This document shows positions 1 to 9,858 of a DNA stretch of 47,591 nucleotides, piece after piece (the stretch's first letter is position 1; the number at the start of each line of letters is the position of its first letter). A program made the position numbers and the translations under genes. Under the pieces are notes generated by a model, which was not told the origin of the DNA, searched no databases, and saw nothing but the letters and a program-made list of their open reading frames with translations. Origin of the DNA: Stramenopiles sp. TOSAG23-6 (Eukaryota); the NCBI GenBank assembly GCA_900128565.1, contig LT635927.1, positions 1 to 47,591 of the forward strand, read 5' to 3'.

Positions 1-55
1 AATCTGCATATCCAAATTCATTTTCTTTCTTTTTCTTCTTTAATAACATATTCTC
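1..55. repeat. 55-bp exact inverted copy of 3859..3913 (3' end of TBCD)
   Basis: The reverse complement of 1..55 is GAGAATATGTTATTAAAGAAGAAAAAGAAAGAAAATGAATTTGGATATGCAGATT, identical to 3859..3913; the match stops at base 56. Confidence 0.95.
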
Positions 56-57
56 GA

Positions 58-3000
58 CTTGAAACCATCTTTGATAAGTACCAAGAAGAGCCACAGTTAT
101 TAGACCCAGAATTAGAATCTATTGTCTTGCCTTTAATGAAAGGTATTCGCTCAGCTGTAATTGCGTGGGATGTCGCTGCACTGTCTGCAGAATCCACCGA
201 AACTCTTGTTCAAAAAAAAACTGAAGTTTGTGCATTTCCTTTTCAAGCATACAGAAACCCACGTTTAGATCGTTTGCTCAAGGTTGTTTACACACTATGT
301 AAGGTGAGAGGACGGAAAACTGTCGTTCGTTTGATGCCTCATGCTGTGAGTGACCTAGAACCAACTCTACGGTTATTACAGAGTCAAGATCCATGTGACT
401 GTACAACGTGGAAAACACGATATTCTCTATTACTTTGGCTTTCTATTCTTGTGCGTGTACCATTTGATTTGACTTCAATAGATTCCTTGGGTCATAAAAA
501 AGAAAACTCTGATATAAGTCTTATAAGTCGAATCATGTTCGTTGCAAAGTCATATCTCGATGATCCAAATGCTTGTAGAGATGCTGCAGCTGTACTTGTA
601 GGTCAGCTCATGACTCGACCTGATCTTGAAGATACAGAATTAAAGTTATTTTTTGAATGGGCCAATGATAAATTACAACGTCTTATCATGGGTAATGATG
701 ATGAAGATTCAATCAATGATGTAACTGTACCTTCCACACCTCATGAATCAAACGGGCGTGAAGTATTCTTAATAAGTGGTGTTTTCCATGCTCTTGTTGA
801 AATATTTAAACATGGTCATCGTGAAAATGTTTTGCAACATGTTAATATTATTTTTGATAATGTTTTGGATGCTGCGGATTCATCTACTAGGATTTCTACT
901 ACATTGCAACGGAAGATGGCATGTAAATTAGCACAACGTGTTGGCTTAGCATTTCTCCCTCCCAGAATTCCAAAATGGCGTTATGAGAGAGGTCAAAGAT
1001 CACTAGTTGCAAATCTTGAAATATTTGGAAGCTCTGAGTCTAATAAACCAACAAAACCAACAAATGCATTTGCAAACCAGAGCAATTCTGTAGATGATGA
1101 TGAAGAAGAAGATGTTGATCAAGAAGTTGAAGAACTTATTGAGGTACTTTTGTGTGGTTTACGTGACAAAAATACTGTGATCCGTTGGTCAGCCGCGAAA
1201 GGAATTGGTCGTATAACTGGCCGTTTACCTTCTAAATCACTTGCTGATGTTGTCACTCGATCTGTTGTAGAACTTATTACTGAAACAGAATCAGATGGTG
1301 CGTGGCATGGTGCATGTCTTGCGCTTGCCGAATTAGCTCGTCGGGGTTTATTGGTCCCAGAAAGATTAGAGCAAGTGACACCAATGATTGTACAAGCATT
1401 GTGCTATGATGAACGTCGTGGTGCACATAGTGTTGGGGCTCATGTCCGTGATGCAGCTTGCTATGTATGCTGGGCATTTGCTAGAGCATACAGTCCTGAG
1501 GTGATGCGTCCTCATATGTTGGAACTATCACGGGCTATGCTTGTCACCGCGACATTAGATCGGGAAGTCAATTGTCGACGTGCTGCATCTGCTGCTTTTC
1601 AGGAAAATGTTGGTAGGCAAGGTCATGAAAACTTTGCTCATGGAATTGATATTTTGACAAAAGCTGATTATCACTCTCTTGGCCTTCGCACAAATTCTTA
1701 TTTGAATATTGCGCCATATATAGCTCAGTACGATGAATATCGACATTCTCTTGTGGATCATTTGCTTCACACAAAACTGCGTCATTGGGATAAAGAACTA
1801 CGACAACTATCTTCCCGTGCTTTACATAATATTGCTCCATTAGATCCTACATACTTTGTTGAAGTTGTACTACCAACACTAATTCCATGGACACTTAATG
1901 ATCAAGTATTTGTTCGTCATGGCGCTTGTCTTGCCATTGCGGAAGTTGTATTGGCTTTGTCTCAACCACCGCATGAACATGCACAGAAATTGTTAGGTGA
2001 AACAATGCTATCTCAAATCCGCAATATTACAATGAAGGTAGAAAAGGCTCGAATGTATCGTGGACGTGGTGCATATCTAATGCGTGAATCTGTTTGTCGA
2101 CTCATATTTGCTATGGCTGAGGCAAGCCATCCATTAAGTCGACGTGCTCAATTACGTTTACTGAAAAGCATTTTTGAAAATTTGTGTCAAGCTCGTGAAG
2201 AAACACAAACGCTTGCAGTGGAAGCTTTAGGAGCTTTTTCGCATGAATACTTTAATACGTGTGATTCGAAGGATTCTGCTGAACTAATACCTGTCGTAGT
2301 TTTACCACTTATCGAGCAAGTGTCAGAGGAAGTCACGTCAGTTCGTCGAGGAGCTAGTCTTGGTCTTGGCGCTCTTCCACGCAATCTCATTGCACATGAC
2401 TCAGATGTTGTAGAAAAAGTATTGGCTACACTTATATTGGCCACACAATTAGAAATTGAAATAGATCTTCAAGATGCAGAATCTAGACGAGATGCTATTC
2501 GTGGTTTAGTAGGTTTCTGTTGTGAACTCGGCGTTGGCGTCGGCGGTCTTTCGCCTACACAGGGAATCAGAGCTTTCGATTCTTTAATGAATTGTCTAAA
2601 TGATTATAGTGTAACCGATCGTGGCGATGTTGGTTCATTTGTACGCAAGGCCGCCATTATTGGTTTAGAAAAACTAGTTACAATGTTGGTTGGTGCAGAG
2701 TTAAATAATTCCAATAGTGCTCATCAAGAGGAGCTTGTAAAAACTAAATGGGGTGTAGCCAAAGTCCAACGTTGGTTAGCCGAGGGCACTCGTTGTCGTG
2801 TTATCTTTAAGAGCCCTCAAGAAGGTGCGACCCATTTTGAAAATGGTGTTACTGTTATTGATAGAGATATGATTGATTTCAACTCCTCTGAAACATTACC
2901 TGAAAAAAGTTTGAGTGGCACACAGAATATATCTCGACGTGTAGTATTCACGGGTGCGATGAGTAAGAAATTGATGGATGGTCTCTTACGACAGGCTTGT

Positions 3001-3939
3001 GAAAAGATTGATAGTGTTCGTGAATCAGCATGTAAAGTATTTCATCATCTACTTCATATGTCTAATCCGTCATTTCTTCCAGACCTTGAAGATAGATTGG
3101 CCCTAGAGAGAATATTTCCGAAAAAACTAAATGATACAATTAATTGGTCCTCTATGGCACAAACAACACCATATATGCAGCGTGTTTTACATCTTCCTTC
3201 GTATCGCTTTACAGTTGCATCGGGACTTGCTATCAGTTGTGGACTGGTAAATACACGAACAACCGTGGCGGCCGCATCAGAAGCATTTATCGCATGGACT
3301 AGAGATTGTGAAAATATAAGTAACAAATCCGAAGGTGCTGAAGCGGTACAAGCATTGAGTATGGACTTATTAACGGTGCTTAGGCAACATGCAGGTGATA
3401 ATCGTGTGATAATTCCAGTGCTACAGACTTTAACGTTGATAATGGATAAAGGATGGTGTAATGCATTGTATCCTCCTTTTTCATTCTGGGAAAATCTCAG
3501 AGATATCATAAAAAATGAGGTCAATTCACATGCTCGTGATGCTCTGAAATTGATTGCTGTTGTAAGTACTTTTCATGCTCTATTATCATTTCCTGGCCCA
3601 GCAAGGTCAGAAGCCGTGAGAGGTCTTCTTGTATTTATGTTGAACAGTTTTCCGAAAATTCGACGTCTTTCTGCACAAAAGTTATTTGAAGCATTATGCG
3701 CCGACCCTGAATTTCTTGAAAATGAAAGTGTTTTTGAAAAAGTCATTGGAATACTTTCAAACACAGCTTGGGATCAAGATATTGATAAATGTAGAGCGGA
3801 GCGAAATGAGCTGTATCCACTTCTACTTGGAATTCCGGCACCAAAAATAGTTGAACGAGAGAATATGTTATTAAAGAAGAAAAAGAAAGAAAATGAATTT
3901 GGATATGCAGATTTGGTTCGAGATATGCATAGTTTTTAA
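58..3939 (+). CDS. TBCD: Tubulin-specific chaperone D (HEAT-repeat), 5'-partial
   Basis: The frame is open upstream of the ORF-track TTG and reads LETIFDKYQEEPQLLDPELE, the TBCD N-terminal motif. Other TBCD motifs: KVRGRKTVVRLMPH, LLLWLSILVRVPFDL, RWSAAKGIGR, WHGACLALAELARRGLL, VRDAACYVCWAFARAY, DREVNCRRAASAAFQENVGRQG, RGDVGSFVR, EKID. Confidence 0.95.
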   Translation, partial: LETIFDKYQEEPQLLDPELESIVLPLMKGIRSAVIAWDVAALSAESTETLVQKKTEVCAFPFQAYRNPRLDRLLKVVYTLCKVRGRKTVVRLMPHAVSDLEPTLRLLQSQDPCDCTTWKTRYSLLLWLSILVRVPFDLTSIDSLGHKKENSDISLISRIMFVAKSYLDDPNACRDAAAVLVGQLMTRPDLEDTELKLFFEWANDKLQRLIMGNDDEDSINDVTVPSTPHESNGREVFLISGVFHALVEIFKHGHRENVLQHVNIIFDNVLDAADSSTRISTTLQRKMACKLAQRVGLAFLPPRIPKWRYERGQRSLVANLEIFGSSESNKPTKPTNAFANQSNSVDDDEEEDVDQEVEELIEVLLCGLRDKNTVIRWSAAKGIGRITGRLPSKSLADVVTRSVVELITETESDGAWHGACLALAELARRGLLVPERLEQVTPMIVQALCYDERRGAHSVGAHVRDAACYVCWAFARAYSPEVMRPHMLELSRAMLVTATLDREVNCRRAASAAFQENVGRQGHENFAHGIDILTKADYHSLGLRTNSYLNIAPYIAQYDEYRHSLVDHLLHTKLRHWDKELRQLSSRALHNIAPLDPTYFVEVVLPTLIPWTLNDQVFVRHGACLAIAEVVLALSQPPHEHAQKLLGETMLSQIRNITMKVEKARMYRGRGAYLMRESVCRLIFAMAEASHPLSRRAQLRLLKSIFENLCQAREETQTLAVEALGAFSHEYFNTCDSKDSAELIPVVVLPLIEQVSEEVTSVRRGASLGLGALPRNLIAHDSDVVEKVLATLILATQLEIEIDLQDAESRRDAIRGLVGFCCELGVGVGGLSPTQGIRAFDSLMNCLNDYSVTDRGDVGSFVRKAAIIGLEKLVTMLVGAELNNSNSAHQEELVKTKWGVAKVQRWLAEGTRCRVIFKSPQEGATHFENGVTVIDRDMIDFNSSETLPEKSLSGTQNISRRVVFTGAMSKKLMDGLLRQACEKIDSVRESACKVFHHLLHMSNPSFLPDLEDRLALERIFPKKLNDTINWSSMAQTTPYMQRVLHLPSYRFTVASGLAISCGLVNTRTTVAAASEAFIAWTRDCENISNKSEGAEAVQALSMDLLTVLRQHAGDNRVIIPVLQTLTLIMDKGWCNALYPPFSFWENLRDIIKNEVNSHARDALKLIAVVSTFHALLSFPGPARSEAVRGLLVFMLNSFPKIRRLSAQKLFEALCADPEFLENESVFEKVIGILSNTAWDQDIDKCRAERNELYPLLLGIPAPKIVERENMLLKKKKKENEFGYADLVRDMHSF

Positions 3940-3986
3940 TTGGAGAAGAATATAATATAAAAAATATGGAATGATTTATTTTTATA

Positions 3987-6900
3987 TTATGCATCTGCAT
4001 CTCCAAATTCATGTACATCCGAACTTGTATTACTCTTATTACTTTTCGCTACTTCGCACACATCAACCTTTTTATCTTCTTTTTCTTCAACATCATCTTC
4101 ATCGATGTCAATATTATATGATGGATTTGAAAAGTACATAGACCTATTATTTGCTTCAACTGAACCCAGTTTTTCATTATTTTTGTCTACCATTTCAACT
4201 TCAGCAATAGGGAAACATGCAGAGTTGCTTTTACGAATTTGTGTGAGACGGCGTTTATCTAGAGCCGATGCCTTCAGAGGATCATCGCCTTCCCCACGCA
4301 TGCTATTAGATTTCTCTAACTTTGCAGCTGCCCAAAGATCAAGAAAAGAAAATCCAGGAGGGGCAGGGGGAGGTAACTTGTATAAATTATGGGCTTTAAC
4401 TTTTCGATCATACATAAGTTCCCTCTGATGACGTACGCGATAAAGAGCAAGTGCCTTCCATGATCCAATACCAGCAAAAAATACCATCACCCCAGCAACA
4501 AGTGATAAGTATACATATGTTACAAGAGAACCAACAATATAATCACTATAGTCATCTCGAGTTCCCGAAAACTCAAGAACTTTTGCAAGATTAGAAAGAT
4601 CTTCATCAGACATATCTGCAACAGCTGTTTTTACAATGTCAATCTTTAATAATACTGAAAGTGCAACACCAAATAGAAGTATTCCAAATATTATTTCTAC
4701 CCATTTGAACCACAAGAGAATTTTACGACCAGTTGTGCCACGTGTCTCTATAACACTAGAATCATTTCCATCTTTATCTTTTCGTGGAATAGGAGGATAT
4801 CGAGCAGTCATATAATGTGCATACCATCCGATTAAAGAAGTAATCATCAACACACTCGCTGGACCAAGAAGCATAATCATAATCCAAGTTGGTATTGTTT
4901 CAGTTGATATCAAATAACTAGACCATGAAGTAACTATTAATCCAAAGCAGAATGTTATTATATTGGATACCATCATCAAATTAAGTACCAAATTTTTGAA
5001 TGTAAGAATGCGAGCAGATACTGTAACAGCAAGCACAATAGTCAATAAAGTTAGAGAAGCAACAGAAATCAATGTATAAAACCAATGACTCGATTCTTCT
5101 ATAAATTTGTCTAAAGCAGCACCATATTCTAACACATGATACTCCTCTTTCGCATATAAGTATTTATAGGCTTCCCAGTACTCAACTATAGCACGTGAAA
5201 AGAAATCTTTAAAAGCAAGGAAAATTATTAAAATAGATACAATGCCTAGCAGTGATACAATATTAATGTAGAAATACAAAAGAGTTTTCAGATTTGGTTT
5301 TGAATCAGCGATGACCAAGATACCGAGGATAGAATACACTAAATTATAAAAAGCAAAAAAACTAAGCACTGGTATTTGTCGAAAAGAACCTGACCATGTT
5401 TCAACTTCATCCCTCGAAATTAGTATAATCAATATTATCAGCACAAGGCCAAAAAGTAGCCATACAATATTTAAAATGAAGAGAGTCCACGAAAGACAAC
5501 TGCAACCATCTTTGTGTCGAATTTTCCATACTTCCATTTTTTCACGCCATTGTTGATAAGTACTACTATCAGAAATCTCACCATGTTTCACATCAAGCCC
5601 ACAACAAAGTTTCATCCGGATCGAAAGAGGCCGACGAACTCTGCGACAGCAACAGAGCACAATGAAAAATAAAAATGGAATAATTACAATTACCGAAAAT
5701 AAAATCCATTCCAGTAAGATTGAAGATTCACCATAAAGAGTCCCAGAGGTATCTTCCATATCACAGAATTGCTTTGGTATAGGACACATGAAAGATCCTG
5801 TAAATCCAGGAATAAAAATCTTTCCACCGCCTGAGGGGCATTGATACCAAGCTTTCCCAAACCTATTGCGTATCATAACTTGTAAATATGTTGGAGTAAA
5901 ACAATTCATCGCATAACATAGTCCATATGACGCAATTGTAGGTGAAAATTTAGGTGATCCTAGTTCTACTAATGAAGATTGAAAACATCTACAGTTCTTA
6001 CAATGACTCTGTCCACCAAATTTTTCAATATCAGTACTCAATGTAGAAAATAATTTTGAGAAATCCATCTTTACATTTGGAGCACTCATTAATTTATTTG
6101 ATGTTGAGCTTGGTTTTTCATCTTGACAATTCCAATATCCTACACGAACAGGAACATAATCCATGCTATCTGAAAATCCACCGACACTATCTCCAGAGCC
6201 ATAATATCTATACCAAGAGGGTAATGCAGGATGATCTGGATTCCTATAGATTTTAAGAGGCGCCGTAGGTGAACTACCACCAGGTGAAGAAAAATTCTCC
6301 GGTGCTTGAAAATCACCATTAGGCCAACGAAATACATTACATCGTGCACTCATTCTATTATCAGAAGTACACCCAGTTGCATTTGGATCACTTAAATCCT
6401 TACAAACATATTCAGAACTCCAATCTTCAACAGGATTATTACTATTTACAAAAGTACATCCCTGGTGTCGACCCCACCGCAAATAACCAGGTGTACGAAT
6501 TCTAGCAGTTTCAACACCAGTCTTAGTATCGCTAGAAAAAAGACTTGAATCTGCATTTTTTTCTTCTTTAGCAGTTTTATCTAGAAGTCGACCACCCACA
6601 GCAAAATTACCATTCTTGTCTTTTCGGACAATGTACTGTCGCGTATCCTCAAACCAAGCTAATGTTATATCAGAAAGGTAAGGCTCACCTGTGCCACTGC
6701 CATACGACATTAATTCTGGTCCCATTAATCGACTTTCCCAGTGACTGCCACGTCCAAGGACTAAATCTTCCATAGGCATACCATCCATAGTAGGACATCC
6801 ATACTGTTCACGCACTGTAGACAAGACCAAAGGAGTAATAACTTTCAATGCTAATTTTGGGAACTTACCATCATTTGTAGTACCTGACCAGACACCCACG

Positions 6901-7865
6901 GGAAGTTGCTCTGATCCCCATTGTTCTGGTTTAGATACACCATTTAAACACTTTCCATCTTCCTTACGTTTTGAGTCAGTGCATGTAGTATCATCCTGTA
7001 TAAACAATGAAGGAGTTCTTGTAGGATCACAACAACCAAGTAGATGAAATGTCTCGTGTAATGACAATTTACGTTCCTCTTGTTGTACATCAGGAACAAG
7101 AGTGTTTGCTACATCAATCCCTTCAGGAACTATATTATGAAAACCAACTGTACAACGACCATATTGGTCATATTGAACACAGTAAGCAAAACCCGATACC
7201 GATGCTGTAGGATGTGACTGCATCGTTACATATATAACAAGATCAGTATCATCATAATGAATTTTACCTTGATTATCTCGCTTAATAACTGCAGTAGGAA
7301 ACGATAGTAAGGCTGTTTCATCTACTGTAATACCATTTTTCACTGAATTAATAGTAAACGCGTCTTTGATGTAAGAACCAGTCCAAGAAGCAAGACGCTT
7401 CACAACAGCAATGTTTTCGGTTGTGAGAACATTTCCCTTTTTGCACACAAAAGAACAAGGTTGATCATTCCGCAAGCTACACGGATCAACAGTTTCATTC
7501 ACGGAGAAGCACTGACCAGTTCCTTTTACACCAGTCTCTAAAAAGTCAAACACGTAAGTTGTGCGGAAACTGTTGACAGTATTTTTAAGCGCTTCTGACT
7601 TCAAACGCATTGAAGGTGAATAATATCGTAAACCTCCATTAAATTCTACATCTGAGGCATATTCTTCTATTTTAATACTAGTTCTTCGACGGTTTTGTTG
7701 ATTAGTGTGCTCTGAAATAACAAGGTCATTGTGGTAATCTTCGAACCTGGTAACTGGGGTTATCGAGTGGAAGTGACCCGAGAACACGGACGTTCGGTTC
7801 ACAAGCGAAGAAGCTCTACAAATTCCAACACAAACAGCAGCAATGTAAAAGATTAAGGCATTCAT
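3987..7865 (-). CDS. Leishmanolysin-like (peptidase M8) zinc metalloprotease with a C-terminal multi-pass membrane region
   Basis: Signal peptide; HETFH zinc motif (7058..7044); VREQYGC, SHWESRLMGPELM (third His and Met-turn), SDITLAWFEDT, WGRHQGCTF, MDYVP; Cys-rich ectodomain followed by about 9 hydrophobic helices. Confidence 0.88.
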   Translation of the reverse strand: MNALIFYIAAVCVGICRASSLVNRTSVFSGHFHSITPVTRFEDYHNDLVISEHTNQQNRRRTSIKIEEYASDVEFNGGLRYYSPSMRLKSEALKNTVNSFRTTYVFDFLETGVKGTGQCFSVNETVDPCSLRNDQPCSFVCKKGNVLTTENIAVVKRLASWTGSYIKDAFTINSVKNGITVDETALLSFPTAVIKRDNQGKIHYDDTDLVIYVTMQSHPTASVSGFAYCVQYDQYGRCTVGFHNIVPEGIDVANTLVPDVQQEERKLSLHETFHLLGCCDPTRTPSLFIQDDTTCTDSKRKEDGKCLNGVSKPEQWGSEQLPVGVWSGTTNDGKFPKLALKVITPLVLSTVREQYGCPTMDGMPMEDLVLGRGSHWESRLMGPELMSYGSGTGEPYLSDITLAWFEDTRQYIVRKDKNGNFAVGGRLLDKTAKEEKNADSSLFSSDTKTGVETARIRTPGYLRWGRHQGCTFVNSNNPVEDWSSEYVCKDLSDPNATGCTSDNRMSARCNVFRWPNGDFQAPENFSSPGGSSPTAPLKIYRNPDHPALPSWYRYYGSGDSVGGFSDSMDYVPVRVGYWNCQDEKPSSTSNKLMSAPNVKMDFSKLFSTLSTDIEKFGGQSHCKNCRCFQSSLVELGSPKFSPTIASYGLCYAMNCFTPTYLQVMIRNRFGKAWYQCPSGGGKIFIPGFTGSFMCPIPKQFCDMEDTSGTLYGESSILLEWILFSVIVIIPFLFFIVLCCCRRVRRPLSIRMKLCCGLDVKHGEISDSSTYQQWREKMEVWKIRHKDGCSCLSWTLFILNIVWLLFGLVLIILIILISRDEVETWSGSFRQIPVLSFFAFYNLVYSILGILVIADSKPNLKTLLYFYINIVSLLGIVSILIIFLAFKDFFSRAIVEYWEAYKYLYAKEEYHVLEYGAALDKFIEESSHWFYTLISVASLTLLTIVLAVTVSARILTFKNLVLNLMMVSNIITFCFGLIVTSWSSYLISTETIPTWIMIMLLGPASVLMITSLIGWYAHYMTARYPPIPRKDKDGNDSSVIETRGTTGRKILLWFKWVEIIFGILLFGVALSVLLKIDIVKTAVADMSDEDLSNLAKVLEFSGTRDDYSDYIVGSLVTYVYLSLVAGVMVFFAGIGSWKALALYRVRHQRELMYDRKVKAHNLYKLPPPAPPGFSFLDLWAAAKLEKSNSMRGEGDDPLKASALDKRRLTQIRKSNSACFPIAEVEMVDKNNEKLGSVEANNRSMYFSNPSYNIDIDEDDVEEKEDKKVDVCEVAKSNKSNTSSDVHEFGDADA

Positions 7866-8193
7866 AATGCTAAAGCAATGCCCTTTCTCAAACCTTTTTG
7901 GCTTATTTTCTAAAAATAGACTGTTTTAAACTCGCTTCCATGGGCTCGTCGTCAAATAATTTTTTGAATTTGGAATTGAAAAAAAATAGGGATCATTGAT
8001 CACTTTTTGGAGCAACGCATACAATCTCCTTTTCTTCAACGAAGTTCTCCTCTAGGCACATCATTTTAGATTAAATCAGTTGAGGGAAGTTTTCCCAAAT
8101 AAGCAAAGCAGGCGAGATTTTTCTGAAGAATAACTTTAGATTCATATAAATATCTGGGTATATATTATAGAGACGAGTATATAATACTGTCCA

Positions 8194-9069
8194 ATGTCGT
8201 TCCAAGATTTTGGTAGTGGAGTTGGTGGCGGTAGAAGACGTAACTCTTCAACCAGCGCACCATTATCATCGTATCAAAATTCTGGCTTGGAATATCAGCA
8301 AAATTGCCATACAATAAACTCAATGCTAAAGAATTATTCGGTTCTGATTAGTAAAATTCAAGGTTTATGTCAGAGTATGGAAAATGGAAAGAACCTCAAA
8401 AAAACAGATCTTGCTAAAATGCACAGTTCTTCTCAGGAAGCGAATACTATAGCAAATGATATCAACAAGAAAATGACGACCTTTTCCGTATTCTATAAAC
8501 GTGGACAGCTGTCTAAAGCAGAAAAAAAGAATCGCCGTCAACAACATAGAATGTTTTTGAAGGATTCGGAAGCTTTACAAAGTAGGTTTGAACAAGTCAT
8601 ACGCGAAGCTTTGCACGCAGAACAAGAGTATATTGCTCGTGTGAAAGCACATGGTGGATATATCGATAGTTACAATGTTGGAGTAGAAAAAGATATGGCG
8701 TTGGAAACTGATCGCTTGATACAAACGCAGGAACTAGAAGACGAAATCTCTTTTACTGAGTCCATGATCGATGAGCGGAGTAGGGGTATTGAAAACATCC
8801 ACAAAGAATTAAATGTTGTTAGTCAAACATTTCAGGATTTACATCAAATTATAATGGCACAGCGTCCTGATATAGAAAATATTGAATATAACATTGAACA
8901 CGCAGGAGTCCAAGCAGCTGGTGGACTAAAACACGTGAGAGAAGCGAGTGCGTATCAAAAATCTCGACGTAAAACTCTTATGTGTTTACTCTCATGTTGT
9001 TTCTTGACTTTAGCTTCTATTATGATATATTTTTGGTTAATTAGTAATTCACAGAAAAAGATAAAATGA
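8194..9069 (+). CDS. Syntaxin (Qa-SNARE), STX7/STX12/Pep12-like
   Basis: MSFQDF start, helical Habc region, SNARE motif IDERSRGIENIHKELNVVSQTFQDLHQIIMAQRPDIENIEYNI with central Q, and a C-terminal TM anchor. Confidence 0.9.
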   Translation: MSFQDFGSGVGGGRRRNSSTSAPLSSYQNSGLEYQQNCHTINSMLKNYSVLISKIQGLCQSMENGKNLKKTDLAKMHSSSQEANTIANDINKKMTTFSVFYKRGQLSKAEKKNRRQQHRMFLKDSEALQSRFEQVIREALHAEQEYIARVKAHGGYIDSYNVGVEKDMALETDRLIQTQELEDEISFTESMIDERSRGIENIHKELNVVSQTFQDLHQIIMAQRPDIENIEYNIEHAGVQAAGGLKHVREASAYQKSRRKTLMCLLSCCFLTLASIMIYFWLISNSQKKIK

Positions 9070-9146
9070 ATAGAAGAATAAAATTAAGTACAATGTAGAT
9101 AGTCTGGCTTCAGTTTATAGTGTCTAAATATTATTTCAAATATGTA

Positions 9147-9545
9147 TTAGTGATCTCCTTCATTTGGAAGATCACCAAATGCATCTTGATTCCTTTGTTT
9201 ATATGCTTCTACAGCATTTACAAATTTTGACTGTGTTTCAATAACTTCCGCACGAAGATTTCGTAGTGAGTGCGCAAACGAGTCTGTTGGATTATAATTG
9301 TCATTTTTTGTCTGTAATTTAATTTCAAGGTCATTAACTAAGGGATGTGGAACTTTATAACCAGCGAACATATTTTCAGTGTCACGAAGTAGCTCCATGC
9401 GAATAATATTCCCAAGAGTATGGTCTTCCTTCAGTAACGTAAACGTAGCAGCATTCGCAAGACCAGGATCTCTGGTAAATGTTATCTTTTTTTCCCCTGC
9501 CTCTTCATCTAGAACTATTGCCTCGAGTCTATCAGGAGCGTTCAT
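9147..9545 (-). CDS. RPB11: DNA-directed RNA polymerase II subunit RPB11
   Basis: MNAPDR start plus KEDHTLGNIIR and FAGYKVPHPL signatures. Confidence 0.95.
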   Translation of the reverse strand: MNAPDRLEAIVLDEEAGEKKITFTRDPGLANAATFTLLKEDHTLGNIIRMELLRDTENMFAGYKVPHPLVNDLEIKLQTKNDNYNPTDSFAHSLRNLRAEVIETQSKFVNAVEAYKQRNQDAFGDLPNEGDH

Positions 9546-9858
9546 GTTTACTGATATAAGAGCAAGGTTACTATACTAATTGCTGTAATGAACTATTAGC
9601 GTTCAAGAATACGTACGAGTAGAGCAATCGAGTTTATATTTCCTCGTTCTAAGTTGTTCACAAACACATGCGAATCGGAATGTACTCTCGTGAACGTCAA
9701 TCGATCATCGACTCGATCGATCAAGGCTGTTACCGGGTAACTACAATGAGTTCAGTTCAAAAAAATATTTTTTTTGTCTAAAAAGCCTAAAAATACGCAC
9801 GTTTGGCAGTGGAACTTTTAAAAAAATCTTTTCCGTATATTTAAAGAAAGGGACAAGG

